Assembly (NCBI GenBank): GCA_964510925.1
Contig: CAZEDS010000001.1
Span: 27,704-91,703 of the forward strand
Direction of reading: 5' to 3'
DNA: 64,000 bases
Origin: an uncultured Candidatus Saccharibacteria bacterium
Lineage (GTDB): Bacteria > Patescibacteriota > WWE3 > 2-01-FULL-39-13
The notes under the pieces were generated by a model. It ran no database searches, was not told where the DNA came from, and was given only the letters and a program-made list of their open reading frames with translations. Shown here in pieces: positions 47,095-57,683 of the stretch (positions are counted from its first letter, which is position 1; each line of letters opens with the position of its first letter). The translations under genes were made by a program, and so were the position numbers.

Positions 47095-48732
47095 ATGGCA
47101 AAAAAAATACTTTATAACCAAGACGCACGAATGAAACTAAAAGCCGGAGTAGATGCCGTTGCAAATGCAGTCGGATCAACAATGGGACCACTCGGCAGAA
47201 ATGTAGCCTTAGCAAAAGACTGGGGCGGACCAACATTAACCCATGATGGAGTTACCGTTGCAAAAGATATTGAATTAAAAGATCCATTCGAAAATATGGG
47301 TGCAAAACTCGTAATCGAAGCAGCGTCAAAAACAAATGACATCGTTGGAGATGGTACAACCTCTACTACTATATTAGTACAAGCTCTTGTAGAAGAAGCA
47401 CTAAAAAACGTAGCAGCCGGAGCAAACCCAATGTTAATGCGAAGAGGATTAGAAAAAGCAGTTGAAGAAGTAATTTCAGAAATAAAAAAAATTGCTAAGC
47501 CAATCAAGAGTAGAGATGAAAAAGCGCAAGTCGCTACAATCTCAGCTCAAGATGGACCTATTGGCCAAATCGTTGCAGACGCAATGGAAAAAGTCGGAGC
47601 AGATGGTGTTATCACCGTTGAAGAAAATAAAGGTGTAGAAATGGAAGTTGAAACAAAAACTGGATATAACTTTGATAATGGTTATCTTTCAGCATACTTT
47701 GTAACAAATCCAGACAAAATGGAAGCAGTTGTCGATGAACCTTACATATTATTAACCGATAAAAAAATTGAAAACATACAAGAATTAGTCCCAATGCTAG
47801 AAAGCGTTGTAAAACTAACTCAAAATCTAGTAATTATCGCTGATGATGTAAGCGGACAAGCTCTTGCTACATTGGTTTTAAATAAACTAAAAGGAACATT
47901 GAGAATTCTTGCAATTAAAGCTCCTGGTTTTGGAGACCGAAGAAAAGCAATGTTAGAAGATTTAGCAATATTAACTGGTGGAAAAGTCATAAGTGAAGAC
48001 TTAGGCAGAAAACTTGATTCAGTTACGATTGACGATTTAGGTAGAGCTGGAAAAATAATCTCAACAAAAGATGACACCACGGTTGTTGATGGAAAAGGCG
48101 AAAAAGAAGAACTTAAAAATCGTGAATCTCAACTACGAAGAGAAATCGAAAATTCAAACAGCGAATATGATAGAGAAAAACTCCAAGAACGATTAGCAAA
48201 ACTAGTAGGCGGAGTTGCAATCATAAGAGTTGGCGCAGCAACAGAAACAGAAATGAAAGAGAAAAAATACCGAGTTGAAGATGCTGTAAATGCAACAAAA
48301 GCAGCTGTATTAGAAGGTATCGTTCCAGGTGGCGGCGTTGCACTATTAAAAGTTAGAAAAGTATTAAATGATTTCAAACTTGAAGGCGATGAAAAAATTG
48401 GTGGAACAATTTTATACAACGCATTAGAAAAACCATTCAGAAGAATTCTTGCAAACGCAGGACTCGATGCTGGAATGTTTATTCGTGAAGTTGAAAATAA
48501 CTTAGATAAAAATATGGGAGTCGATGTTATGAAAGAGGGCAAAATGGTTGACCTAATAAAAGAAGGAATCATTGATCCAGCAATGGTAACAAGATCCGTT
48601 GTCGAAAAAGCAGTAAGCACGGCTATTCAAATAATGTGCACTGAAGCACTTATAGCAAATGATCCAGACGATAAAAAAGAAGACTCTAACGATCATGGTG
48701 GTGGTATGGGCGGTATGGGTGGAATGATGTAA
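47095..48732 (+). CDS. groEL: chaperonin GroEL
   Basis: Full-length Hsp60 (AKDIKFG-type N-terminus, DGTTT motif, C-terminal GGM repeat [11 protein letters not shown]). Confidence 0.95.
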   Translation: MAKKILYNQDARMKLKAGVDAVANAVGSTMGPLGRNVALAKDWGGPTLTHDGVTVAKDIELKDPFENMGAKLVIEAASKTNDIVGDGTTSTTILVQALVEEALKNVAAGANPMLMRRGLEKAVEEVISEIKKIAKPIKSRDEKAQVATISAQDGPIGQIVADAMEKVGADGVITVEENKGVEMEVETKTGYNFDNGYLSAYFVTNPDKMEAVVDEPYILLTDKKIENIQELVPMLESVVKLTQNLVIIADDVSGQALATLVLNKLKGTLRILAIKAPGFGDRRKAMLEDLAILTGGKVISEDLGRKLDSVTIDDLGRAGKIISTKDDTTVVDGKGEKEELKNRESQLRREIENSNSEYDREKLQERLAKLVGGVAIIRVGAATETEMKEKKYRVEDAVNATKAAVLEGIVPGGGVALLKVRKVLNDFKLEGDEKIGGTILYNALEKPFRRILANAGLDAGMFIREVENNLDKNMGVDVMKEGKMVDLIKEGIIDPAMVTRSVVEKAVSTAIQIMCTEALIANDPDDKKEDSNDHGGGMGGMGGMM

Positions 48733-48759
48733 TTCATTTCAAAAAAACTTTTTGAAAAA

Positions 48760-48790
48760 GCGGCGTCAACTTTGATGCCGCTTTTTTTTT
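48760..48790 (+). terminator. rho-independent terminator after groEL
   Basis: GCGGCGTCA-ACTT-TGATGCCGC hairpin followed by a 9-T run. Confidence 0.7.
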
Positions 48791-48849
48791 GCAAGAATAC
48801 CTACCTTCTTTTAATGTTTTGTAGTAAACTCACGTGTTAAACTTTTTGT

Positions 48850-50100
48850 ATGAATGAAAATCAAATAGAAACACCAATAAATCAAAACGAATTTGCAGAA
48901 AAACCGCCGCTTTTATCACCAGCATATAAAAAGGGATTAAAAATAGGCTTGATCTCCTGCTTTGGTATTATGATCTTCGCAATTGGCGGATTAATAATTT
49001 ATCGACAAATACAAGAAATAATAAAAAATAAGAAATTAAGTTCTATTGATCCAAATCTTGTTGCAAATCCAACACCAACAATTGATAACACAAAAATCAA
49101 TGAATATTTTTCATACATAAAAAATAAAAAAGAAATTTGGATAGTCGACACAAATGGTGAGAATAAAGCAATGATTTCAGAACTTTCACCATCAAATGCC
49201 AGTATATTTTCTACCCTAGATTGGAAAGATAAAACGCATATCTCTTATTCTGAATGTAATAACGAAAGTCCTTCGATCACAGATATTAAATGCAAAATAA
49301 AAACATATGATATTGAAACAAAAGCAACAAATGATGAATATGAAACAGATGCATTAATAAGAAAATTTTCATGGTCATTAGCTGCAAATTATTTATCTAT
49401 TGTTGAAGACACCGATAGCGAAACTTTCTTTAAAATAAAAGCCGGTACAGTAACAAATACTCTAAATAAATTTTATAGAATTAATGACCTATCAAATACT
49501 CAAGGAAAAACACTTTTTACAGCCGATAGCCAGTATGTGTTATTTTATTCAATCAATGGACTACCGGATGAAACTAAATCAAAAGAAAATGAAATTGCGA
49601 TAATTCCTTCTTCAACAATTGAAGTTTATTACGTAAATGGTGTAAAAGTAGAACATATAGAAGGTGCAAATGATCCATTTTTACTAAATGATGGGAAAAT
49701 GGGATTCAAAAAGGACAATAAAATTGTGTATAGAACAATTGGCAAATCAGATGAAACAGTAATCACATCATTTAACGGATTTAATAGCGAAATTTCACCC
49801 AATAAAAATTTAATTGCATATTGGTATGCAGAAGGAAATCTAAGCAACGTTATTTTAGGAGTTTTTGATTCTGAACTTAATATACATCGAAATATTTTGA
49901 GAGGAATTATACTTCCGATTTGGATCAATAACGATAAAATATTAGGAATAAAAGCCGATAATTGTTTAGGTGGAACAAGCTGCCAATTATACGAATTTCA
50001 AACAAATAGTATTTCACTGATTGATGTCGAAAAAGGAAATGTAAAACAAATAGATCAAGGTAGGAAAATTTCAGAAGCAACTTATAAAAGTTTTAATTAA
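48850..50100 (+). CDS. membrane-anchored protein with TolB/PD40-like beta-propeller repeats (hypothetical); first gene of the VirB4 operon
   Basis: N-terminal TM (IGLISCFGIMIFAIGGLIIY), then repeated beta-strand-rich units (LFTADSQYVLFYS, LIAYWYAEGN). 3-nt gap to the next gene. Confidence 0.45.
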   Translation: MNENQIETPINQNEFAEKPPLLSPAYKKGLKIGLISCFGIMIFAIGGLIIYRQIQEIIKNKKLSSIDPNLVANPTPTIDNTKINEYFSYIKNKKEIWIVDTNGENKAMISELSPSNASIFSTLDWKDKTHISYSECNNESPSITDIKCKIKTYDIETKATNDEYETDALIRKFSWSLAANYLSIVEDTDSETFFKIKAGTVTNTLNKFYRINDLSNTQGKTLFTADSQYVLFYSINGLPDETKSKENEIAIIPSSTIEVYYVNGVKVEHIEGANDPFLLNDGKMGFKKDNKIVYRTIGKSDETVITSFNGFNSEISPNKNLIAYWYAEGNLSNVILGVFDSELNIHRNILRGIILPIWINNDKILGIKADNCLGGTSCQLYEFQTNSISLIDVEKGNVKQIDQGRKISEATYKSFN

Positions 50101-50102
50101 CA

Positions 50103-51980
50103 ATGCCAATTAAAGAAAATAGTCAAAATCCATTAGAAGCAATATTATCAGGAGCATCCGCAAACGGAAGAAAACATCCTGTGCCACAAAACGTTATGGA
50201 TGTTGAATTTAAAGTTGTGGGAGACCTAACATTAAGACAACTTGCATATTTGTTTATGGGAGGAATCCTTGGATATGCATTTTTTAAAATTGGATTGCCT
50301 TCATTTTGGTCTTGGACTTTAATGATATTTTCAATAATATTAGGAGCCGCAATTGCTTTTGTACCTTTTGAAGAACGTGGTTTAGATAAATGGTTAGTCC
50401 TTTTTATTCATGCAATGTTCAATCAACAACCACAAATGAAATGGAAAAAAAGTTCAAACACTCCGATTTATTTTTTAACAGATTACGCAAGTATTATAAA
50501 AAACGAAATTATCACATTAACTCCTGTAAAAAGCAGAAATAAACTAGAAGAATATCTTGGGATGTTACCAGAAGAACACGATGTGCAAGATTTATATAAC
50601 AAAGACAAAATGGATGGGATTTCTGCGAATTTCTTATATAACTCACCATCAACAGTTAAACTTGCGACTAATATCGAACCAAAAGTACAGATTGAAGAAA
50701 GAGTTGTTCCAATCGGCGATCCAATATCTTTAAATAGACCAATATCGGTATCAAGACCTTTCAAAAGCAAAAATGTTAATATGAGCGCAGCACCAAAGCC
50801 AATTATACAAACACCACAAATAGCAGAGCCAAAAGTTGAAATAAAACAACCAAGCGTAGCACAGCCGCAAATAATAACAAAACCTGCGCCAATTATTAAT
50901 CCGGATAAAGAACTAGAACAAAAAGAGATAGTTAATCCACAACAACCAAATCCAGAAGTCCAAACTATTGCCCCAGTAGTACAACCTGAACCAATTAAAC
51001 AAGAATCAATAACAATAGAAGAAACACCAATTGATCCACAGCTAAAAGAAATAGCAGAAGAAGAAATGGAATCCAAAAACGAAGTATTACAGGCTTATAT
51101 CACGCAAAAAGCTGAAGTACTTCCAAATGCACAAATTGATAGACCAATAAAAAACTGGCCAAGTTCAATGCAAGATCAACTAAAAGGCGAAATAAAACTT
51201 ACTCATACTCAAAAACTACCGCCAATAATAGTTGCCCAAGATATTAAACATATAAAAGAAAAAGAAGACTCACTAGAGAAAAAGGTTCAAGAATTATTAG
51301 AAGTTGCAGCAAAAGCTCGAGAAGAATTTGAAGCAAAAGGTTTAAAGCTCGAGACCAATCCAAAATTAGATTTCTATAAAAATAAGTATTTAGAACTTCA
51401 AAAAGAAAAAGAAAATTTAACTACTGAATTATCAAAAAATACTTCAAGGGTCGAAATGTTAGAAGGTCAAAAACAACAAAAACCACTCGAAAAACAAGTC
51501 ATTGATTTAACAGAACGCAATCAAGAATTAGAACAAAAGCTTCAAATGATCCAAAATCAATTATTTGAGCTAAAAAATACAACGCCTACTTCAAAAGAAG
51601 AACTAACAAAACAATCTGAACAACAAGCAGAACAAAAACCTCAGGCTCAATCACAACCAGTTGCAAAAACAATTTTTAATTCAGGTCAAAATATAAATAT
51701 AAATTATGGTCCAAATATTTTGGCAGGATTAATAAAAGATTCTCAAGATAACTTGCTAGAAAATACAGTTGTATTAATAAAAGATTCACATGGAAATGTT
51801 GTACGAGCATTAAAAACGAATAAATTAGGACAATTCAAAACACAATCTCCATTAATAAATGGCGACTATATAATTGAAACAGTAAAAGCGGGTGAAACCT
51901 TTGATATAATTCGTTTGTCTGCTGTAGGAAAAGAAATACCAGTCGTAGAGATAGTTTCAAAAGGGAAATCAAATGAATAA
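50103..51980 (+). CDS. membrane protein with VirB3-like 2-TM N-terminus fused to Pro/Gln-rich and coiled-coil regions (T4SS-component-like)
   Basis: N-terminal VVGDLTLRQLAYLFMGG plus two TM helices, central PQ-rich tract (PKPIIQTPQIAEPKVEIKQP...), a coiled-coil-like region (ELEQKLQMIQNQLFELK), and a C-terminal beta domain. Confidence 0.45.
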   Translation: MPIKENSQNPLEAILSGASANGRKHPVPQNVMDVEFKVVGDLTLRQLAYLFMGGILGYAFFKIGLPSFWSWTLMIFSIILGAAIAFVPFEERGLDKWLVLFIHAMFNQQPQMKWKKSSNTPIYFLTDYASIIKNEIITLTPVKSRNKLEEYLGMLPEEHDVQDLYNKDKMDGISANFLYNSPSTVKLATNIEPKVQIEERVVPIGDPISLNRPISVSRPFKSKNVNMSAAPKPIIQTPQIAEPKVEIKQPSVAQPQIITKPAPIINPDKELEQKEIVNPQQPNPEVQTIAPVVQPEPIKQESITIEETPIDPQLKEIAEEEMESKNEVLQAYITQKAEVLPNAQIDRPIKNWPSSMQDQLKGEIKLTHTQKLPPIIVAQDIKHIKEKEDSLEKKVQELLEVAAKAREEFEAKGLKLETNPKLDFYKNKYLELQKEKENLTTELSKNTSRVEMLEGQKQQKPLEKQVIDLTERNQELEQKLQMIQNQLFELKNTTPTSKEELTKQSEQQAEQKPQAQSQPVAKTIFNSGQNININYGPNILAGLIKDSQDNLLENTVVLIKDSHGNVVRALKTNKLGQFKTQSPLINGDYIIETVKAGETFDIIRLSAVGKEIPVVEIVSKGKSNE

Positions 51981-52668
51981 TAAAGTAAACGCAACGACAC
52001 AAAACCATTTAGACATAGCACAAATAAAAGACGATTTAGTAATACTAAAAAGTGGTGGAGCAGCCGCAATTTTAGAAACAAATGCAATAAACTTTGACTT
52101 GTTATCAATTGTTGAACAAGACGCAGCAATTGCCGCATATAGTTCATTGTTGAATTCATTAGCTTTTCCAATTCAAGTTACAATTCGATCTAAAAAAATG
52201 GATATAACAAATTATCTCGAACGTGTAAAAAACTTTGAAGAAAAACAAACAAACGGAAAAATAAAAAGCCAGATTCAATCTTATCGGGCTTTTATTCGAG
52301 ATGAACTAGTCACAAAAGAAAATGTTTTGGAGAAAAAGTTTTATGTAACCGTGCCATATAAAACATTTGATTTGGGGACAACTTCACCTTTAGGATGGAT
52401 CGAAGATTTAACATCATTTTCTCTCGCACCAAAATCAAAAATAAATATCGAACAAACTTTGCTCGAAGCCAAAACGGATCTAACACCAAAAGTCACATTT
52501 TTATTAAAAGAATTTGCAAGAATTGGAATCAGAGCATCCCAATTAAAAACAGCTGATATGGTCAAACTATTTTATGAAATATACAATAGTGAAACAGCAC
52601 AAATCCAAAAAATAAAAATTGGAATTGATAACTATACATCAACAATGGTTGAACCTAAAATAATTTAA
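51973..52668 (+). CDS. hypothetical cytoplasmic protein, operonic with the VirB4-like ATPase
   Basis: 231 aa with no TM segment. Overlaps the upstream gene by 8 nt and ends 5 nt before the ATPase gene. Confidence 0.45.
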   Translation: MNNKVNATTQNHLDIAQIKDDLVILKSGGAAAILETNAINFDLLSIVEQDAAIAAYSSLLNSLAFPIQVTIRSKKMDITNYLERVKNFEEKQTNGKIKSQIQSYRAFIRDELVTKENVLEKKFYVTVPYKTFDLGTTSPLGWIEDLTSFSLAPKSKINIEQTLLEAKTDLTPKVTFLLKEFARIGIRASQLKTADMVKLFYEIYNSETAQIQKIKIGIDNYTSTMVEPKII

Positions 52669-52673
52669 TAACT

Positions 52674-55064
52674 ATGTTTTCATTATTCGGAAAAAAACAA
52701 AAATTTAATAGCGGAGAACCAACACAAGCACAACTTGATCGAGCAACAAATAAAGTTTTAGAAAACAATGAAAAATTTGCTAAACAACAAACACCTCAAA
52801 GCGTTGAAAAAGCATTGGCAAATGGAATACCAAATATTTCAGATATTATTGCACCAAGCGCTATCGAAGTAGACTTTAACCACATCAAAATTGGAGATAG
52901 ATATTTTAGAACACTTTTTGTTTCAGGTTACCCACGTTTTGTTGGAGCAAACTGGTTAGCACCAATCATTAATTTTGATCACAGCTGTACAGTCACAATG
53001 TTTTATTATCCGATGAACGCAAGAAACGTTCTTGATGATTTAAGGCGCAAAATCGCCGAAATGGAAGCCACACTAAGCATGGACAGAGAACGAGGCAAAG
53101 TTGTAGACCCAGGCGTTCAAGCAGGTCTTGAAGACGCAAAATCGTTACAAGAACAATTGGTCAAAGGAATTGAAAGATTTTTCCATTTTTCATTCTATAT
53201 AACAATCTCAGGTAGCACACTCGAAGAACTCAACAACATTTCTTATCAAATTGAATCAACCTTAGGATCTCTTTCATTGATATCGAAAAAAGCAACTCTA
53301 GACATGGAAAATGCTTTCAAAACAACGCTACCTTTATGTCTTGATCGCTTAAAAGTCATCCGAAACATGGACACAACTTCAGTTGCAACAACGTTCCCTT
53401 TCACTTCAAGTGAATTAACCGCAAATGAAGGTATTTTATATGGAATAAATAAACATAATGGATCATTGATAATTTTTGATAGATTTTCAATGGAAAATGC
53501 AAACACAGTTATCTTTGCAAAATCAGGTTCAGGTAAATCATACCTGGTTAAGCTTGAAGCTCTCCGTTCACTATTATTCGGAACAGGAATCATCGTATTA
53601 GATCCTGAAAACGAATACCAAAAACTAGCTGAAGCAGTTGGTGGAGATTACATCGACTTTAGTATTAACTCAAAAGCTAAAATTAATCCGTTTGAACTAT
53701 CTGTAACTAGCGATAATGAAGATAACTTGAGCATGAAAATCTTGAGCCTTCATGCATTATTAAAAATTATGTTAGGCGATATTAACAGTGCAGAAGAAGC
53801 CGTTTTAGATAGAGCATTAATCGATACATACCGATTAAAAGGAATAACCCAAGATCCTGCAACTCAACAAAATAATGAACCTCCATTAATGGAAGATTTA
53901 TACAAAGTCCTCCAAGTTATGGAAGAACCAGAATCAAAAGCTTTAGCCTCAAGACTTGAACGTTATGTTAAAGGTTCACTCGCAGGAATTTTCGATCGAA
54001 GATCAAACGTTGATTTGAATAATGATTTCACAGCCTTTTCAATCAGAAATTTGCAAGATGTTTTGAGACCAATAGCAATGTTCATGATCTTGGATTTTAT
54101 CTGGACAAAAGTTAAATATGATCTTAAAAAACGTATCTTAATTTTGGATGAGGCTTGGACATTAATGCAATATCCAGACTCTGCAGCTTTTGTTTATTCT
54201 CTGGCAAAACGTGCTAGAAAATATTATTTAGGTATGACGACCATCACTCAAGATGTTAATGATTTTTTAAGTACAGATTATGGAAAATCAGTTGTTACAA
54301 ACTCTTCAATACAAATATTGTTAAAACAACACCCAGCCTCAATTGATAAGTTAGCAGAAGTTTTCTACCTATCTTTAGGTGAAAAAAACTTTTTGCTTTC
54401 CGCTGGCATTGGAGAAGGTTTATTTTTTGCAGGAACAAACCATGTTGCTATGGCTGTAAAAGCCTCAAAAATTGAGCACGAACTAGTAACAACAAATCCG
54501 GCAGAAGTCTTAAAGCAACAAAAAGCAGCAGACATTAATTCAGTCCTTAAAAATGCAGCAGAACCAAGCATCAATGCAACTCCTGCACCACAGCCACAAC
54601 AAGCTCAACCACAACCTCAAGCACCAAGATACAAAGAAGAACCAATTGCACAAGTAATGCCACAACAGCCAACTCCAGTGCAACCAATCGTTACTGAGCC
54701 ACAAGCAACAACGAACCCAATATCAAGCACACCAATAACAAGTGCTCCAATTTCGAATCCAGTAATACCAAATTCACCATTAGGCAGTCAACAGAAAAAG
54801 AATGAGGAAGAATATGATCCTTTAGATATTTATTCAAATATTAAGCCAATAGAACCGATTAAAGAACCAATCAAGTTTGCAAACGACGATGACTGGCAAG
54901 ATCTAGCAAAGCCATCAACTACATCAGTTGCACCTGCGGCACAACAAACAGCTGCACCACAGCCAATGCAACCAAAACCAGCAATGCCAAACCCTTACTC
55001 AAGCGAAGAAGGCGACTATGTAAATGGAAGCATTAACCTAAGAGGCGGATCGGATAGTTTCTGA
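52674..55064 (+). CDS. VirB4/TraC/TrbE-family type IV secretion ATPase with a long Pro/Gln-rich C-terminal tail
   Basis: VirB4-like N-terminal region (IKIGDRYFRTLFVSGYPRFVGANWL), Walker A (SGSGKS), and Walker B with the family-typical DEAW (ILILDEAWTLM). The last roughly 200 aa are low-complexity P/Q/T-rich. Confidence 0.75.
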   Translation: MFSLFGKKQKFNSGEPTQAQLDRATNKVLENNEKFAKQQTPQSVEKALANGIPNISDIIAPSAIEVDFNHIKIGDRYFRTLFVSGYPRFVGANWLAPIINFDHSCTVTMFYYPMNARNVLDDLRRKIAEMEATLSMDRERGKVVDPGVQAGLEDAKSLQEQLVKGIERFFHFSFYITISGSTLEELNNISYQIESTLGSLSLISKKATLDMENAFKTTLPLCLDRLKVIRNMDTTSVATTFPFTSSELTANEGILYGINKHNGSLIIFDRFSMENANTVIFAKSGSGKSYLVKLEALRSLLFGTGIIVLDPENEYQKLAEAVGGDYIDFSINSKAKINPFELSVTSDNEDNLSMKILSLHALLKIMLGDINSAEEAVLDRALIDTYRLKGITQDPATQQNNEPPLMEDLYKVLQVMEEPESKALASRLERYVKGSLAGIFDRRSNVDLNNDFTAFSIRNLQDVLRPIAMFMILDFIWTKVKYDLKKRILILDEAWTLMQYPDSAAFVYSLAKRARKYYLGMTTITQDVNDFLSTDYGKSVVTNSSIQILLKQHPASIDKLAEVFYLSLGEKNFLLSAGIGEGLFFAGTNHVAMAVKASKIEHELVTTNPAEVLKQQKAADINSVLKNAAEPSINATPAPQPQQAQPQPQAPRYKEEPIAQVMPQQPTPVQPIVTEPQATTNPISSTPITSAPISNPVIPNSPLGSQQKKNEEEYDPLDIYSNIKPIEPIKEPIKFANDDDWQDLAKPSTTSVAPAAQQTAAPQPMQPKPAMPNPYSSEEGDYVNGSINLRGGSDSF

Positions 55065-56309
55065 TTTGAATTTTAGTTTAGACGCATTTCTAAGTTTTGA
55101 TAGTAAACCGTATGAGCGCATAGCAAATTCTGGGTTTCTATTGGCTAGAACCACCAACTTATCTATAAAAAAGTTATATGAGTTATTTTCGAATTTAAAC
55201 GGGCTACTTAACTGTTCGTATTCACTAACCTGAACCATGAAAGAAGTTGGATTTGGAAATTCCAAATCATTTTCAGATAATAAGTCAAACCAAGATTCAA
55301 CCATTGAATCCCATGATTGAGTTAAAGATGAACCAAAATCATGGTTACTTTTAGATTTTTGCTTTTCAGCAATCGCATACATCCCCCAATAAGTAGTAGC
55401 AAATTCTTTAGCAATTCCTAAAAACTTATTTGGTGAAAGGATAATATCCGAACGTCTTTCTACGATGCTATTTGTAGCCGATTGATCATCATTATTAATA
55501 GGGTATGGTTGATTTGTTACTGAATTGATAGGTTTTACACGATGTCTTGGTATATAGAAATATTCGTTCCCAACATTAGAGGTTTTCGACACACCTTCTT
55601 TACAATAAACTTCTCCACGGGAATTAGATTCAACAATCGAACTCAAAACATCTTCAGATACCTGATCATTAATAATTTTTTTCCCATATCGATCAAAAGA
55701 ACAATACGCAATCGAAGGTTTAAGCAACTTTGCAGCTACCTCAACCGCATATAAAATCATAGGCTCATAGTTAGTTGGATCCAATTTAATGCCTTTAAAA
55801 TTTTCATGAACACCTAAAATATCTGATAACACCAAAAAAGACTCCTTATCAGTTAATAAATCTCTTATGTTTTGTAATGATAATTTATACGAGGAAGAAG
55901 GTTTAAAGGAAACTTCAGGAAATGAATAAGCATCAATAGAGTAATCATGTATCTGCAAAGTAGATAATCGTTGCTCAGTAGTAATATCAGGTGTTAGATG
56001 AAGACCAAGTTCGCCTTCAATCTCATAACCAACAGTAATAGGACTACCATTAAAAGATTTTTCCTCTAATGCTTTATTTAAAGAATTTATAGCCGATACT
56101 TGATTAAAAGATCCATTATTTAAGGATGTGTATAAATAAGTTGCAAAAGTATCAATAATTCTATGCTCAACAGGATCAGTAGTCGTGAGATCTCTAAGAG
56201 ATTCAACTCCCGCAGGAAAACCCGAAAAACTATCTTCGCCTAATATCTTTTGAAACGGTTCTAAATACTTTTGTGGAGAATCAAGAATACTCTCAATTGC
56301 ATTACTCAT
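55038..56309 (-). CDS. hypothetical protein
   Basis: 423-aa ORF convergent with the VirB4-like gene (27-nt overlap). No motif recognised. Confidence 0.5.
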   Translation of the reverse strand: MSNAIESILDSPQKYLEPFQKILGEDSFSGFPAGVESLRDLTTTDPVEHRIIDTFATYLYTSLNNGSFNQVSAINSLNKALEEKSFNGSPITVGYEIEGELGLHLTPDITTEQRLSTLQIHDYSIDAYSFPEVSFKPSSSYKLSLQNIRDLLTDKESFLVLSDILGVHENFKGIKLDPTNYEPMILYAVEVAAKLLKPSIAYCSFDRYGKKIINDQVSEDVLSSIVESNSRGEVYCKEGVSKTSNVGNEYFYIPRHRVKPINSVTNQPYPINNDDQSATNSIVERRSDIILSPNKFLGIAKEFATTYWGMYAIAEKQKSKSNHDFGSSLTQSWDSMVESWFDLLSENDLEFPNPTSFMVQVSEYEQLSSPFKFENNSYNFFIDKLVVLANRNPEFAMRSYGLLSKLRNASKLKFKSETIRSAS

Positions 56310-56451
56310 AAAGAAAAGTATAAACCAAATGAGCTAAATAATTTCACCAAAGCACTCGCAGGCCCAAAACGCATTCGGACGAGAAACAATGTCGTGCCGA
56401 GAAACTTATTTGCTTTAAAAAAGATTTATAGATCAAATCCCAATAATTTTC

Positions 56452-56534
56452 TAAAGTTTTTTTGAGATTAGCAAGAGATCCCGCAGAGCAGCTCTTGCGT
56501 AGTAATTCGATTTCGCTACTGCGGAACGAATTAC
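56452..56534. repeat. two-hairpin conserved motif, copy C (3' of dnaN)
   Basis: GCAAGAG-ATCCCGCAGAGCA-GCTCTTGC, then GTAATTCGATTTCGC-TAC-TGCGGAACGAATTAC. Confidence 0.6.
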
Positions 56535-56572
56535 AATCGAAACAAACTGCAGAAAATTATTGGGATTTGATC

Positions 56573-57682
56573 TTACCAATTCGCCTTCATCGGCATCACA
56601 ATATAAATATATCCGTCAAAGGATTCGAGCTTAAAGCCTGCTGGTTTGAATGGATCATTAGATTGAAAGACAATGTTTTCTTTTGCAGCATTTGATAAAA
56701 AATCATTAATGTATTTTGCATTAAAAGCGATTTCTATATCGCTACCTTCAATATTCGCTTGAACATCGATTGAGTTACTACCCGATTCGGTAGGTTGCGA
56801 TTTAACAACAATTTTTCCATCTTTAATAATAAGCTTGACCATGTTGTCGTAGTCTTTTGCAAAAATACTAGCAAGTTTTATTGCGTTAAAAATTTCGTCT
56901 TTTGAAACTGTAACTTTTGTAGCAAATTCAGAAGGCAATATCGCTTTATAATTTGGAAATTCACCTTCAATTAAGCGAATCTGCGCTTCCATATGTGGAA
57001 CTTTAAAAGATACTGCATTCTTAGATGAGATAGGAGACATATCAATAACATCAGACTCACTTGCGAATGCTTTGATAATATCGATGGTTGAACGTGCTGG
57101 CAAAATAAAAGAATACTCTTTAGAAACTGGCTTATCTAAAGAAATTTTATACTCAGCCATTCTAAATCCATCAGTAACAGCTAGGGTCAAAACATTTCCA
57201 GAAATATTAAAAAGTATACCGGTTAAAACTGGACGACTTTCGGTTGCAGCAGGTACAAATTGTAGACTTTGCATCGCACGCAAAAGATCTTCGGATTTTA
57301 TAGAGATAACTTCTTCAGAATCAAAACCTTCGATTGATGGAAACTGATCTGCACTTATCGTAGAAAAAGTTGAGTTAACTTTTCCAGTTTTTACGTTAAA
57401 GTTTTCTGCATCCAAGATACAATCAATTTTTTCTTCTGTAATTTGTGATAAAAAGCTATTTAACAACTTTGCTGGAACTGTAATCGATCCTTGTTCTTCA
57501 ACTTTTGCACTAACCCAAACAGAAATTGTCACAAAAAGGTCTGAAGCAGTTAATTTGACTTCGTTTTCTTCGGTTTTAATTAAAATGTTGGATAAAGAAG
57601 GAATAGACGCTTTGTTGCTTACGGCTTTGCTGGTAATTGCAACGCCTTTATAAAAGTTTTCGCGTAGCAGGGAAATTTTCAT
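56573..57682 (-). CDS. dnaN: DNA polymerase III beta sliding clamp
   Basis: Three-domain clamp, N-terminus MKISLLRENFYKGVAITSKAVS...SLSNILIK. 369 aa. Confidence 0.9.
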   Translation of the reverse strand: MKISLLRENFYKGVAITSKAVSNKASIPSLSNILIKTEENEVKLTASDLFVTISVWVSAKVEEQGSITVPAKLLNSFLSQITEEKIDCILDAENFNVKTGKVNSTFSTISADQFPSIEGFDSEEVISIKSEDLLRAMQSLQFVPAATESRPVLTGILFNISGNVLTLAVTDGFRMAEYKISLDKPVSKEYSFILPARSTIDIIKAFASESDVIDMSPISSKNAVSFKVPHMEAQIRLIEGEFPNYKAILPSEFATKVTVSKDEIFNAIKLASIFAKDYDNMVKLIIKDGKIVVKSQPTESGSNSIDVQANIEGSDIEIAFNAKYINDFLSNAAKENIVFQSNDPFKPAGFKLESFDGYIYIVMPMKANW

Positions 57683-57683
57683 A

